A model generated the notes under the pieces. The model saw only the letters and a list, made by a program, of their open reading frames with translations, was not told the origin of the DNA and made no database searches. This document shows, one piece after another, positions 14,165 through 25,906 of a stretch of 64,000 nt of DNA (positions are counted from its first letter, which is position 1; every line of letters starts with the position of its first letter). The position numbers and the translations under genes were made by a program. Source of the stretch: Neoechinorhynchus agilis (Eukaryota > Animalia > Acanthocephala); assembly GCA_051530055.1 (NCBI GenBank), contig CM121341.1, positions 1,612,001 through 1,676,000 of the forward strand, written 5' to 3'.

Positions 14165-14737
14165 ATGGTAAAACGAATGCCGGTTGAACTGAAGACTATT
14201 CAACAGATCTGCCATGAGCTGAACGAGTGCCTGGGAGACGGACGCTCCATTCGATATCATCCGTCAATCAACCAGAATTTGAGTGAACTTTTATCAAGGC
14301 CAATGGATTTCGATGAGATAAGAAAATGTAATATTGAATCAATTGTTAAACGCTTAAGTTGCTCTGAATTTGGAAAGTACTACTTCTGGTTTCCGGACTT
14401 CATGAACGAGAAAATTAAGAAATGCAAGGCTGAAGAGGCATCGAAACTTAAACCAAAAAGAAGGCCAAGTAAGAAAGTTGTAAGGGACGAAAAGAGACGG
14501 GCTATGTTGAATCGGAAATTCCAAATTGACGCCGAAAGCTCTAAACACGAAAAAGTTGATATTTTTGAACTTTATTGCCGGATCAGAGACAAAAGACAGG
14601 GATTGTCTAATGATTGTCGCCGTCAACTGTCGTGTCTCGCTGGACGAAAGCGGGCCAGAATTCATGATGAGGAATCCGAAATGGAGAAACAAACGAAGAA
14701 TCCGAGACTCGTTGACGAAAAAGAGAAGATCGCCTGA
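14165..14737 (+). CDS. Unknown 190-aa K/R/E-rich protein, copy 1 of 4; N-terminal helical region weakly resembles a TFIIS-N (LW)/Elongin A domain
   Basis: Intact ORF in four copies. Versus the 22501 copy I count 5 synonymous codon differences (AGT/AGC, CGC/CGA, AAG/AAA, GAG/GAA, AGA/AGG) and 3 nonsynonymous ones, supporting coding in this frame. The domain call rests only on LSELLSRPMDFDEIRKCNIESIVKRL. Confidence 0.6.
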   Translation: MVKRMPVELKTIQQICHELNECLGDGRSIRYHPSINQNLSELLSRPMDFDEIRKCNIESIVKRLSCSEFGKYYFWFPDFMNEKIKKCKAEEASKLKPKRRPSKKVVRDEKRRAMLNRKFQIDAESSKHEKVDIFELYCRIRDKRQGLSNDCRRQLSCLAGRKRARIHDEESEMEKQTKNPRLVDEKEKIA

Positions 14738-15196
14738 GAATCCAAAAGTAATCCTGGTCGATAGGCCGATCGCTTTTCAGGGGAGAGAACATTCTAGGTG
14801 AAGGATGAGGAAATGGAGGAGGATCCAAGGAAATGGAGGGCGATAAAATAGTGATCAATAATTGCTGTTTATTTAGTTTATTTATATTTTTTAACGTGCA
14901 GAATATATTCCTATCGCTCTGTTTATACTTTGAAAATAACGAAACGAAGAAACGACAAAGTACTTCTCACTTTTTTGGCTGAGATTTGACTCGACCAAAA
15001 TATTTATTATCGTTGCGTATCGATCCCTGAAGAGAACTGTGTTTGTTGCTGTAGTTTTAAAAAGGTGTTGTATTTACCGTCGCCGCGAACACATCTTTAC
15101 TTTTTAAACCTAAAAATTCCATTTATTATACAAAAATTACTTATAAAACCCGTTGTATTAATCTGCTGAATATACACATTTTTTATTTAAAGAAGA

Positions 15197-15255
15197 TTTT
15201 AAGCGTTCTGGTTTTGAGCTAATCGTTTCACTCAATTCCTTCATTTAGCCTAAAA
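15197..15255 (-). promoter_or_regulatory. SECIS element of the minus-strand SELENOW copy
   Basis: Reverse complement of the SECIS at 62090-62148, immediately 3' of the stop codon. Confidence 0.8.
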
Positions 15256-15263
15256 ACTCGACT

Positions 15264-15661
15264 TTACTCTGACGACATTTTTACAGCATCAGCAATCTTC
15301 TTTATATCCGCTGGTGTTGGGAACTTGCCCGTGTTCTTAAGACGTTTGATTAGAGATCCGAAAAGCACGTATCTATTTATCTCACATCTTTAGAGAACAT
15401 CAACTCGCCGTTCAATTTAACTTCGAACAAACCAGTGGGGAGCATAGTTGCCTCAGATGTCTAAACTTTCAATTTCAGTGAACCGCATTAATGTCAAAAA
15501 CCAACAAAGTTGACTTCTTCACTTTTCCCGACTTCTGATATAAGAGCTTTTTTCAATCTCTCATACAGATGTTCGTAACTTCAGACTCCACTAGAAAAGA
15601 CTATTTATTAAGCTTTATTTTGAACTCACCAATAAATAACGTGAACTTGCACTGGCGACAT
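15264..15661 (-). CDS. SELENOW: Selenoprotein W-like (Rdx family), 4 exons, 87 aa, Sec UGA at 15581-15583
   Basis: Mirror copy of 61684-62081, with the same CGVU motif, introns and SECIS. Confidence 0.88.
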
Positions 15662-17627
15662 AGAGAGAGTGCGAATTTTCGGGCTTAGTTTAGGATTCTT
15701 CGTACTAATGCGAAATCGAGTCATTTCAACTTTTCTTGTAGGTGTAATTTCTGATGAGTAATCCATGAATGACTGTGATTCACTTTAAAAAGTTGAACTG
15801 GTGGGAAATGCAATTTTTTGTTAGATTGGCGTTTTATTATATAATGCATTAAGCATGTTAATATTTATTCGGAATTTAACTATTCAGCGAAAATATTTTG
15901 ATGATTAGTTTTAATCCGAGGAATTTGCGGTTTGTTTTTACTTTTTAACATGACTGATTTTTGAAAACATCAAAGTAGAAAAAAATACTCCTCGAGAAAG
16001 ATTATATTTAAAATTTGAAAAATGCACTCGCTTTCTCTCGAAAATCGCGAAAATTTCGGAAATGCTAAAAAACGGATAAAACTGAACTTGCAAAAGCAAT
16101 ATAAACTTAGCAGATCGACGGTTCAAGAACATGTTTGCAATACACATATTTTCCCCCATTTCTGCAAAAAAACGATAAAAATAATTCTAATATTAGTGAT
16201 CCCAAAGCAACCAATGATGGAGCGCTTTTGCGATGCTCTTCGAAAATTCCAGATATTTTTTAAAACTGCCTTGATTTCACATCTTATTGAGAAAAACGAA
16301 AACAGAAATGACTTTTGTAATCGATAAGTAACCATTTAAATTTTTATCAGCACTAATGACACAAACGCCAATCAATCCTTATAAGTTATTGGAAAACGAA
16401 CAAATTTGCTTATTATACTTTTGGTGAAAATAATCCCGATCGTAGCATATTGGATTAATTTGAAATATTTCACGACATAACCTCGCCTCCTCTAACCCCG
16501 ATAAAATTTGCTTATAATCAACAAGAAATTTTTGGCTTTCTTGGAAATTCTTGTGAAACATATAATAAACTTTTATTAACAACGATCTCACAGTTTACAG
16601 CTGAATGAGAAGCTTGCTTGTTAAAATTAAATACGATCTTCAAGAATCTCCTTGCTTAAAAATCGATTGCACCACTCGCAATTCATTGTTTTAGCTGAAC
16701 ATCCGATTTGAATTTTTTCATATAAATTAACGCACCAATTAAAGCACATCAATAAGCACGATGCAAAGTAGCCACTTCGGAGCATCTTTATTTGTACTGG
16801 GCAGTTGAGAGAGGCAAGACTTACGAACTGTCTCTTGCTACATTACTCAAAGATCATATTTAAGGAGCAATATTTTCCCGATTTTGCAGATCATCAGCTC
16901 CGTCAAAGGTTTTTTTATACACATCGCAATGAACATCTCTTGTTCGCATGGAAAGTATCGTCAAGAATATTCATCCTTTTTTTCGATCTTTTCACAATCG
17001 TTTTGCATACCGCCACGCACGGAACGTATTCACAGTTAACCAGAAACGTTAACGTCTATTCCGATTTCAAATCGATTGTTGACAGGATAATGAAGTTTGA
17101 TTGGAACATTATGGAGGTCAACATCATAACGAACTATCAAACGCTAAGAAAAGCTTGTTTCATCAGAGTTGCGAGACCACTTAAAATATACTAACAAAGA
17201 TATTAAAGACGGCAAATTTCGATACTTTGCTCATCACCTCAATAAAATTTGGACGTTATATGCTTAAATAGAGTTTACTGCCATTGTATGAAGGAACAAG
17301 GAATCCTTTGCCTTGTTTAATGTACGATACCGTAGAACATTTGCCAAGAAATATGCTTAGAAGTTTTACAAAATACTTTTCCTACATCGTGACATGGAAT
17401 TTTTTCTATCAGCATTATAGATTTATAGTAAAAGAGAAACAAGAAGATTAGAAGGAAATCGTTTCGTACAAAATAAATTGTTTTTTCTTTTTTGGAACTA
17501 AAGTTACACATGAAATCATTCACACCACCGCTCTGGATTACTGAGCTGCCGTCCCGGTGTAACGGTCGAAAGGACGAATGCAGTGTTCCCTCTCGTTGCT
17601 TAGTTAGATTTATGTTTTGCAGGAGGA

Positions 17628-20600
17628 ATGCTCCTGCCCTCTCTCCTCAAAATAACTTTAATTTCACCATTCGTAGCCTCGCTCTTTCTTAACAGGGGAT
17701 ACAAACTCCTTCTCAACTTTCGTTTCGTATCTATCAACCTAAAAAACGCATCATCGAGTTTTTCTTCATGCCCTCCAAACTCAACCCAGAACTCATCTTC
17801 CCAATGTAACCCATCTCTCTTAGCAAAAACCCACGAACATCTTAAGCATCTCAAAAACTCGCAGAGTAAGCGACTCCCCAACTTCTGTTACTACGTGCAA
17901 ACACGCAGGCGCCCGAATAACAACAAAGGTAAATTTCCCAACCGTTCCACATTAAATACTATCTTTTTCCCGAATCAAGTAAATAATTATCGTTGTACCT
18001 CCACACGAAAACTCCATAAATCAGGCTTATCCACATGTAGTCTCAACCCGAAACGCGTTCCTATCACAACCAATCACTAACGCAAACACAAATTTTCGAT
18101 TCGCTTCCGGACTTCTCTCTTTGAGAAAATCAATCGTTTTAAATCAGCAACTTGTAACGATTCCTCCCTTAATTTATCAGACGCAACGAACAATGCAACC
18201 CCAATCTTCCTCACCTCCGCCGTCGATTCCATCCCAGATTTACCGAAATCCAAAAGTCCCTTACCCACCGTTTTCTACTCAAATACTCGTAGCCTCCTTT
18301 CTAAACAAGATGAAATTTCACTCATTTCATCCACCTCAAAAGCCGACGTAGTCATCTTAACTGAAAGTGTCAGCTATACTTCCCGGTAACTCTTCCTTCC
18401 ATACAAACCGTGAGGACTGTCCAGGAGGGGGTCTCAATTTACCTACGGCAATGGCTACCTTACTCTTTATCTCTCACAGACTCTCTTCGAAACTCCGATT
18501 TAGAATTCATCCCAGTCCATTTCATAGCTCCTCTGGGAAACGGAATTAGAAAATTCACCCCTACTTGAGTCCTCCTTGCTCCAAATTGATTCTATGATGG
18601 AGCTCATAAACTCCACAATCTCACACCATTTCTTAATTGCAGGGGACTTCAATAATCTATTTCCTCTTCTACCTTCTCCGAGTTCTATTTGAACTCTTCT
18701 ATTCGTCCTCTTCTATCGGAAATAGCTGGGCCAAAGAGCTCACGGCTGTCAGCGCCACCTGAACAGCCCGTACCCACCACGGTGATGAGCTTCGACTGAC
18801 GCTTTCGTTGCCTCCGGCGACAGTTTCTCTCATTTCGACGCTCAAGTCGTCGGCGAGAGCTACGACGCCCTCGCTTTTTCCCGTTGCACTGGTGGATTTT
18901 GTTGCCCCCGTTAGCTGCCGCATCACCAAGTGGAGCGGCACACCGACCCCACGTTGACTCGCTACTATCAGTAGCTGTCTGACTGCCAGAGCTCCTTCTT
19001 TTGCGTGACCGACACGAATCAGTAACATGAAGTCCGATCATCGTGAAAGAAAGTTAGGGACCTGAAAGAAAGAATCCCCAAGAAATGCTGCTCGGCAAAG
19101 GTGGAGGACTACAGAGTTATATCCTTGATGTCCATCGCGGCAAAACTTTTCAGCAGCATTTTGAGACGCCGAATTCAGCCAATCCTCGAACCGTTTCTAA
19201 GAATTGAACAGAACGGCTTCAGGAAAGGTCGAGGCACCACAGAGCACATATTGGCTTTGAGGAGGATCCTCGAGGGGGGACGAATTCATCAAACGGATGT
19301 GACGCTGGTATTTGTTGATTTCCGTCGAGCTTTCGATTCGGTAAATCGAACGATGATTGGCGGTATCTTAAAGGAGTATGGAGTGCCGCCGATCATTGTT
19401 ACATCCGTTATGGCATTATATAAAAACACAAGGTCCGCCGTCAAGACAGCTGACGGTTTGACAGAATACTTTTCCACTACTTCAGGTGTTCTGCATGGCG
19501 TCACATTGACTCCTTTCCTCTTCATCTTGGTGCTTGATTGGGTAATGAGATGGGCACTATCGAATGATGAAGATGGATTTCTTCGGTTGAGGAAAAGAGG
19601 TCGCAGGTATCCTGAGATACACGCCTCCTACATGGCATATGCCGACGACATCATGTTGATGTCCTCAACAGTCGAAGGAGCTCAACGCATGCTAAATAGA
19701 CTGTGCGAGAGGGCGAGTATGATTGGTCTGACGATCAACTCGAAAAAGACGGAATTCTTGACGATTCCGCATGTGGCGCATACGGTCTCTGGCGAAGGGC
19801 AGAATGGCGTTGGGCAATTAAAACAGATAGAGCGGTATGTCTATCTGGGAGCTGTCGTTCCTGAGGTGAGTGCGGATGTCAGCCGACGGAGAGCTATAGC
19901 TTGAAGAGCAATGGGGCAACTTAAACCACTGTTTGACAGTGAGTCTTTGCCAGACGAACTCCGCTCGAAGCTGTTCAGGACTCTAATTGAGAGCATTCTC
20001 TACTACAATGCAGAGACCTGGACACTGTCACCAACGGCGACGAGGCAGTTGGACCAAAATCATTCATCTCTCTTACGTGCGGCGTTCAAGCTCAGATGGT
20101 CAGTAAAGTGACCAACAAAGCACTGTATAAGAGAGCCGGAGTCCAACCGCCCAGCGAATATTTGCGCCGCAGACGACTGCAGTTCACGGGCAATATAATT
20201 CGGTCCGAGGCATCTTGCCCACAGGTCGTGCAACAGTTTCTTTTCTGGAAGCCAACGACATTGTATCGTAAAGGCAAAGGGAACTGTCGTGCATACGATG
20301 ACCTGATTTTAAGAGACGCGAATTGCCCGCATAACACGACTGCTGTCGCGTATTTTAGATCCCTTGCGGAGTCTAATTCTATTTGACGGGCTTATACCTA
20401 CGGTGCAACGTAGGAAAGTACCGTTGGGTACAATACAATTCTCCGAGTTGCTTCAACGTATTGACTTCCTGATTCGTCTTGATGTTCACCTCGACAAAGT
20501 GTTCACAAATATCGACGCCTACTCATCCGCCTCTAAACTCCCTCTCCCCGCGAACTCCACCATTTCTCTGCCCTTATCATTCCCTCCACCCCACCTCAGC

Positions 20601-22140
20601 GTATGAAATCTACCCGTTTACCCATCTCGGATAAACGTGATCATCACATCTACAAATGCGATATGTGAGGTACCGAGGAATATGATTAGAATTATTGTTA
20701 GAACTAATGATGAACCCGAAGAGGTTCGAAACGTCTTTAATAAATAATCATTTACCGGCTGCAGACCTAAACAATAATTCTACTCACATCTACAATTTTA
20801 TAAAATTGTTCAACTCAAATATTCGCACATTCCATTTTGGTAAAACAAATGACCCTTCCTTGTTCACGTCATCTCTAACTTCAATTAAAAAAATCCCTAA
20901 GTACGACAATTCCCAAGAAATTCATTAAAATCTCCAACCGTGAGAAACCTGGATAACCCCCATTTTGAAACTTCTTCAAAGGCAAGCTTCTAAGGACCAT
21001 CGCAATAACTCTCAAAACTTTCCCCGTTTAAAAAAAGAACTAACCAAATAATTGTTGCCCGCAAAAACTGGCTTTCCTTCAAAATTCGTTCAGATCGCAA
21101 TTGAACATGGTGGCGGGCCGTCAAGGACTCTATTGGTCTACTCAACCCTGATCCCTTCCCAAATTTGTTCCTTTTCTGAACTAAAACATGTTCTAGACTC
21201 CATCAATCAGAACCTCTGCCCTGACTCAAATTATAATCATTGTTCCACATCAAACTCTACCCAAAACTATAACTAATACAACTGACACTTTTGTCAACTC
21301 GCCGATACTCCCCTTAGTTTCGTCATATAAAGCACTACAGCGTCTCAAGAAATTATCTCGAAATTCGTCCTCTCAATTTGAAATCGCATACCGGGCTCTT
21401 CGCTACATCGTCCCCGAACTCATAGACCCTCTTACGCATATTATAAATCACAGCTTTTTATATTGCATCTACCCCTCTTGCCTTAAAACTGCCAAAGTTA
21501 TACTCGTTCCGAAAAAAGGGCATCCGATTTCCACCGAATCATTCCATCCAATATCCATTTTACCCGCTCTTTCAAAAATCATCGAAAAATGTTTTAAATC
21601 TCGCCTTCTTTCACTTTTCAATCAAAAGTTATCGCCCCTGAAATTCGGCTTCCGGCCAAAATTTTCTACAAACGATGTCCTATTTTGCATTTATAATACG
21701 CTTCTATGTAACTTCAACAATTATTCCTCCCACGTCACCGTCTCATTCAACTTGATTTATCGAAAGCTTTCGACTCAGTGGACCATTCAATCCTCGGGGA
21801 GTGCTCCGATTTATGTCTGAACTTAACGCAGATAAGCTGGCTCGCCTCTTATCTTCACAATCGCAAACAATACATTCACTGCCGATCTACTTCCTCAATC
21901 ATCAAATTTCTCACCAAAGGCCTACATCAAGGTGCTATGCTGTCACCACTTCTTTTTAATATTTTCCTAAACAACCACATTCCTCTCTCCTCTCACTTTG
22001 AACTTTTCTTAAATGCCGACGATATCACCCTCATCACCCATTCATCACCCCACCTCTCCTTCTGATTTTACATCCAGCAAAATACCCCTCCCGCCGAATG
22101 CCTTAATGAAATCATCATCAAAAAATCAAAACGCCTCTCA
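17628..22140 (+). mobile_element. Decayed APE-type LINE (CR1/L2/jockey-like), interrupted by an RTE insertion and truncated at the palindrome
   Basis: APE motifs (DVVILTES, GGG, IAGDFN before 18685; LDKVFTN after 20450). RT motifs (PSCLKTAKV, PISILPALSKIIEK, FGFRP, DLSKAFDSVDH, QGAMLSPLLFNIF, NADDITL) in 21400-22065. Confidence 0.85.
18685..20438 (+). mobile_element. 5'-truncated RTE-clade retrotransposon with an inverted 5' segment, (TACAA)2 tail and 11-bp target-site duplication
   Basis: RT ORF YRVISLMSIAAK..EQNGFRKGRGT..FVDFRRAFDSV..GVLHGVTLTPFLF..YMAYADD (19101-19904) plus C-terminal fragments. TTCTCCGAGTT at 18674-18684 and 20439-20449. TACAATACAA at 20429-20438. Confidence 0.88.
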
Positions 22141-22500
22141 ACCCTACCACGTCAAGGCCCTCTTTGTCCCAGCCGGCGCGGTGTCCTAGATGCCAATACG
22201 GGGAATCGCGGTTGGATTTCTCAATCTAGACGACGGTTATAGTTTTTACCAATTTACAAATTTAAGGTTTCAATTTAAATATTTATGTCACAACGACCCT
22301 TTTCTGTTCAATGTGTGACGTGAGTGAGTTTTTAGTGCCGCTTATTTCAAAATTCGAACCGTATCAACATCCCATATTTTCACTCTCGGAATTGTTTATC
22401 AAAAACATTGCAATTCACGGTCTAATCAACGTTCGTTCGAGAGCTTAACATCACAGCTCAATCTAAAAGCTCATATTTCGATCACCTCTTTATTGAAATA

Positions 22501-23100
22501 ATGGTAAAACGAATGCCGGTTGAACTGAAGACTATTCAACAGATCTGCCATGAGCTGAACGAGTGCCTGGGAGACGGACGCTCCATTCGATATCATCCGT
22601 CAATCAACCAGAATTTGAGCGAACTTTTATCAAGGCCAATGGATTTCCATGAGATAAGAAAATGGAATATTGAATCAATTGTTAAACGATTAAGTTGCTC
22701 TGAATTTGGAAAATACTACTTCTGGTTTCCGGACTTCATGAACGAGAAAATTAAGAAATGCAAGGCTGAAGAAGCATCGAAACTTAAACCAAAAAGAAGG
22801 CCAAGTAAGAAAGTTGTAAGGGACGAAAAGAGACGGGCTATGTTGAATCGGAAATTCCAAATTGACGCCGAAAGCTCTAAACACGAAAAAGTTGATATTT
22901 TTGAACTTTATTGCCGGATCAGAGACAAAAGACAGGGATTGTCTAATGATTGTCGCCGTCAACTGTCGTGTCTCGCTGGACGAAAGCGGGCCAGAATTCA
23001 TGGCGAGGAATCCGAAATGGAGAAACAAACGAAGAATCCGAGGCTCGTTGACGAAAAAGAGAAGATCGCCCGAGAATCCAAAAGTAATCCTGGTCGATAG
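22501..23100 (+). CDS. Unknown basic protein (TFIIS-N-like?), copy 2; probably extended by a 33-nt intron (23084-23116) and a further exon
   Basis: Near-identical to 14165-14737, but CGA replaces the TGA stop. Splicing GTAATC..TTTCAG gives ..IARESKRERTCEVKDEEMEEDPRKWRAI.. Confidence 0.6.
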   Translation: MVKRMPVELKTIQQICHELNECLGDGRSIRYHPSINQNLSELLSRPMDFHEIRKWNIESIVKRLSCSEFGKYYFWFPDFMNEKIKKCKAEEASKLKPKRRPSKKVVRDEKRRAMLNRKFQIDAESSKHEKVDIFELYCRIRDKRQGLSNDCRRQLSCLAGRKRARIHGEESEMEKQTKNPRLVDEKEKIARESKSNPGR

Positions 23101-24766
23101 ATCGATCGCTTTTCAGGGGAGAGAACATGCGAGGTGAAGGATGAGGAAATGGAGGAGGATCCAAGGAAATGGAGGGCGATTAACTCTAAAATTTTATTCA
23201 TAATTCTCCAACATGTAAATAATTTGCGATCATTTTACAAGAGCACATTTTATCTATTCATCGGCCGAAAGGGGATGAAATTTATCTCTGTTGTTTTATA
23301 GTGATAATAGGAGACTACTGCGTTTGTTCTTTAGGTTTTAAATTTTCAACATCAATTACAAATTATTTTACATTTAGGGCGCCGAACAATTTTGGTATTT
23401 TTCTTTAATATATTCAATTTATATTTTTGCAGATTGAACTATTCTTGCTTCACCACATAAACAAACATTCAATTTAGCACAAATATTTTACTCCAATACT
23501 TTTTTGATGGTTGCCTAGTAATAATGGGTATCCATTACTTTTATGATTTAGCAAAAGCAAAAAATGTCCACAACACCGCATTTGGATAAATTAGAAAATA
23601 TGCCACATTTTCAATTGATTGATGCAGTAACCAAAGAAATATTGGAAAGCACCGAAAATTTCGTACCTACAGAAAAGGTTTTCTTACGAAAAATACATTC
23701 TATATTTGTCATATTGAATAGAATCAAGAATGCAGAGATATAGTATTTGCAACAGTAATGGAACAATTCGCAATATTCGTAAGTATGCCAAGTTAGCGGT
23801 TGCATTTTCATCTTTAATTTGCAGCCGCAAGTATGTACAAATGATCTAAAAAATTGCATTGTAAATTTGTTAAATAAACAACATAGAATTTCAGCAAAAG
23901 AGAAACAAAAACATTAGAAGAATATCGTTTCGTTCAAAATAAATTGCGTTTTTTAATTTTGAAACTAAAGTTACACAGAATGCGATGAAGATAGATTTTA
24001 GAAATGCGAAAATTTAATATTTTCATGCAAAAAAAGTTAATATATTATAAAACATAAAGGGTTTCAATTATCCCCGAATCGCAATGCCGAATTCAAATCA
24101 TTTTTAATAGCACTTTAACATTAAATAATTAGTTTTTTGAAATTAATCAGTGCAGCATTGACTAATATAAAACGAGATTGAGTGATATCTTGTGATCTAT
24201 AGAAACATTAATGGAAATGCATTTAATTTCTTGCTCGTGATTTTTAAATACACAAGCCATTAGATTCATCAGATTTAAAATATACATTATATTAAACACA
24301 ATGAATAATCTTGTCATTACCATAGAGAATTTCACTTATAATTTCCAGAATGCCTTAAAGTATTGTAAGATGACTTAGGAATAACAAGGAAAATTATTTG
24401 AGCGATAGCGTTCAAGATTTAATGATTGCGGTGTCATTTTATTCAATACACTAAATTATCAAATGCTTACACACGTTATGTTTTCAGGGGAATTAATTAA
24501 ATATTTGTTGGATAATTTCTACTTATAGATCGATTGAGCATATCAGCATTTGAAGGAGTACTTTTTATAAAAATTATAATACCTAAAATTTCTATCAAAA
24601 AATTTCCTCCTTCATGTAGCGTAAAAATTCACGAATAACGGTCCTTCAAAATTTACTTCGACGATATCTTCTCCTTAATCGATTCAAGTTTAGTATTAGA
24701 AAATTTTCTTTGCCCCTAAATTAACACGTTATTTTCAGTATAATGAAAAACAAATTATTTATATTT

Positions 24767-25906
24767 TCATTCAAACATACTACGGGGATTATTTCCCTTG
24801 CGAATCCATTCTTCACATGTTTGAAATTCTTCGATTATATTTTCAAATTGTGCATCTTGGCAGACTGACTTGGCTACATTGTAAAGGTCAAAAGGCTCCT
24901 CGATGTTTATGAAAACCGTCAATCCGGGAAGGAGAAGATTGCGATAATCCTCTACATCGGCATCGATGATTCTGAATATATTTCCCTTGCGGACTGAAAT
25001 TACATTTGATTGAAAATCAAACGTTGAATAGTGGTATAAAAATAGAACAAACAGTTCTGCGATCGTCTTCGTATTATAAGGCACAAACGTGAGACCCTCC
25101 AAGGCTTTTTCCATGTCATCGTGCTCCTTATTAATTTCTTCAAGTGTTCGTTGTGTATCGAATAATTGAGGCATTATTTCATGAAGACATGGTAGCACAG
25201 GTGGTTTGCAAACGGTTTGAAGGAAGTTAATTGCCATCAAGCACAAAGCATAGCTTGAAAGAGTTCCTATACAAGGAGCGTTAATGTTGTACTTAGAAGC
25301 CCAGCGTTTTATGCAGAAGATTAAAGGAGTCACTCGCTTATCAATCGCCATATATGCATGAATCAAATGAGTGTTTCGCACACATGAGTCATGTGTCATA
25401 TTTAAATCAACTTGAAATCCAAAATCATTATCATCAATTGTTAAACTCGACCATTTAAAACGTAAAATCGGTACTCTGGCTTTGATTACGATCTGGCTTG
25501 TTGCTTGCGGAATATCATCCAAAATATACTTTATGGCATAAAGACAATTGATTGCAATATCTCGCTCCAAAGAAATTCCTGAATCACAAACGAGACACAA
25601 ATCAACATCACCGGAATTTCGCGAGAGCCCCGTCAGGGTGGATCCGGTTACATATAACTTTGTTCTTGGAAATAGCGACACCATTACAGCAGCTATGCAG
25701 TCGCGCATTTTTAATTTAATTTTTAAAGTTTCTGGAGTTGTTTTGTTCTGCGTATAGATTGAGGTCATGCAATGATTAAGAGCGATAAAGTCAATGTTTG
25801 CAAAAAAGGATTGTCGATATGACATTGACTGAAAAATCGTGCAATTATCGTCTCTTGTTGGCGGGGTAGCCAGAGTATATTTGAACGTTGGTTGCTTTAT
25901 TGACAT
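24767..25906 (-). CDS. GLD2: GLD-2/TENT2-like non-canonical poly(A) polymerase (terminal nucleotidyltransferase), 379 aa, intronless
   Basis: Pol-beta nucleotidyltransferase motifs GS..DVDLCL and QVDLN, RNTHLI, GTLSSYALCLM, PPVLPCL, and a PAP-associated domain (FDF..VISVR, IEEPFD..NVAKSV). Catalytic aspartates intact. Confidence 0.85.
   Translation of the reverse strand: MSIKQPTFKYTLATPPTRDDNCTIFQSMSYRQSFFANIDFIALNHCMTSIYTQNKTTPETLKIKLKMRDCIAAVMVSLFPRTKLYVTGSTLTGLSRNSGDVDLCLVCDSGISLERDIAINCLYAIKYILDDIPQATSQIVIKARVPILRFKWSSLTIDDNDFGFQVDLNMTHDSCVRNTHLIHAYMAIDKRVTPLIFCIKRWASKYNINAPCIGTLSSYALCLMAINFLQTVCKPPVLPCLHEIMPQLFDTQRTLEEINKEHDDMEKALEGLTFVPYNTKTIAELFVLFLYHYSTFDFQSNVISVRKGNIFRIIDADVEDYRNLLLPGLTVFINIEEPFDLYNVAKSVCQDAQFENIIEEFQTCEEWIRKGNNPRSMFE

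Larger units (their letters stand above)
13345..16172. repeat. Left arm of a long inverted repeat (partner 61178-64000+)
   Basis: The reverse complement of the window end (ACTATTTCAAGCGAAACTCA) matches from 13345. The match ends at the A7/T7 run 16172/61178. One 5-nt indel and scattered substitutions seen. The outer end runs off the window. Confidence 0.95.

Noticed and set aside
18683-20386. 10-bp direct repeat TTCTATTTGA as alternative RTE target-site duplication
   Set aside because: It overlaps the RTE stop codon and would exclude the 3' UTR and TACAA tail. The 11-bp repeat fits better and restores the host endonuclease.
22172-22183. GCCGGCGCGGTG resembling the 5' end of SRP (7SL) RNA
   Set aside because: Only ~12 nt match, with no Alu-domain continuation or helix 8.
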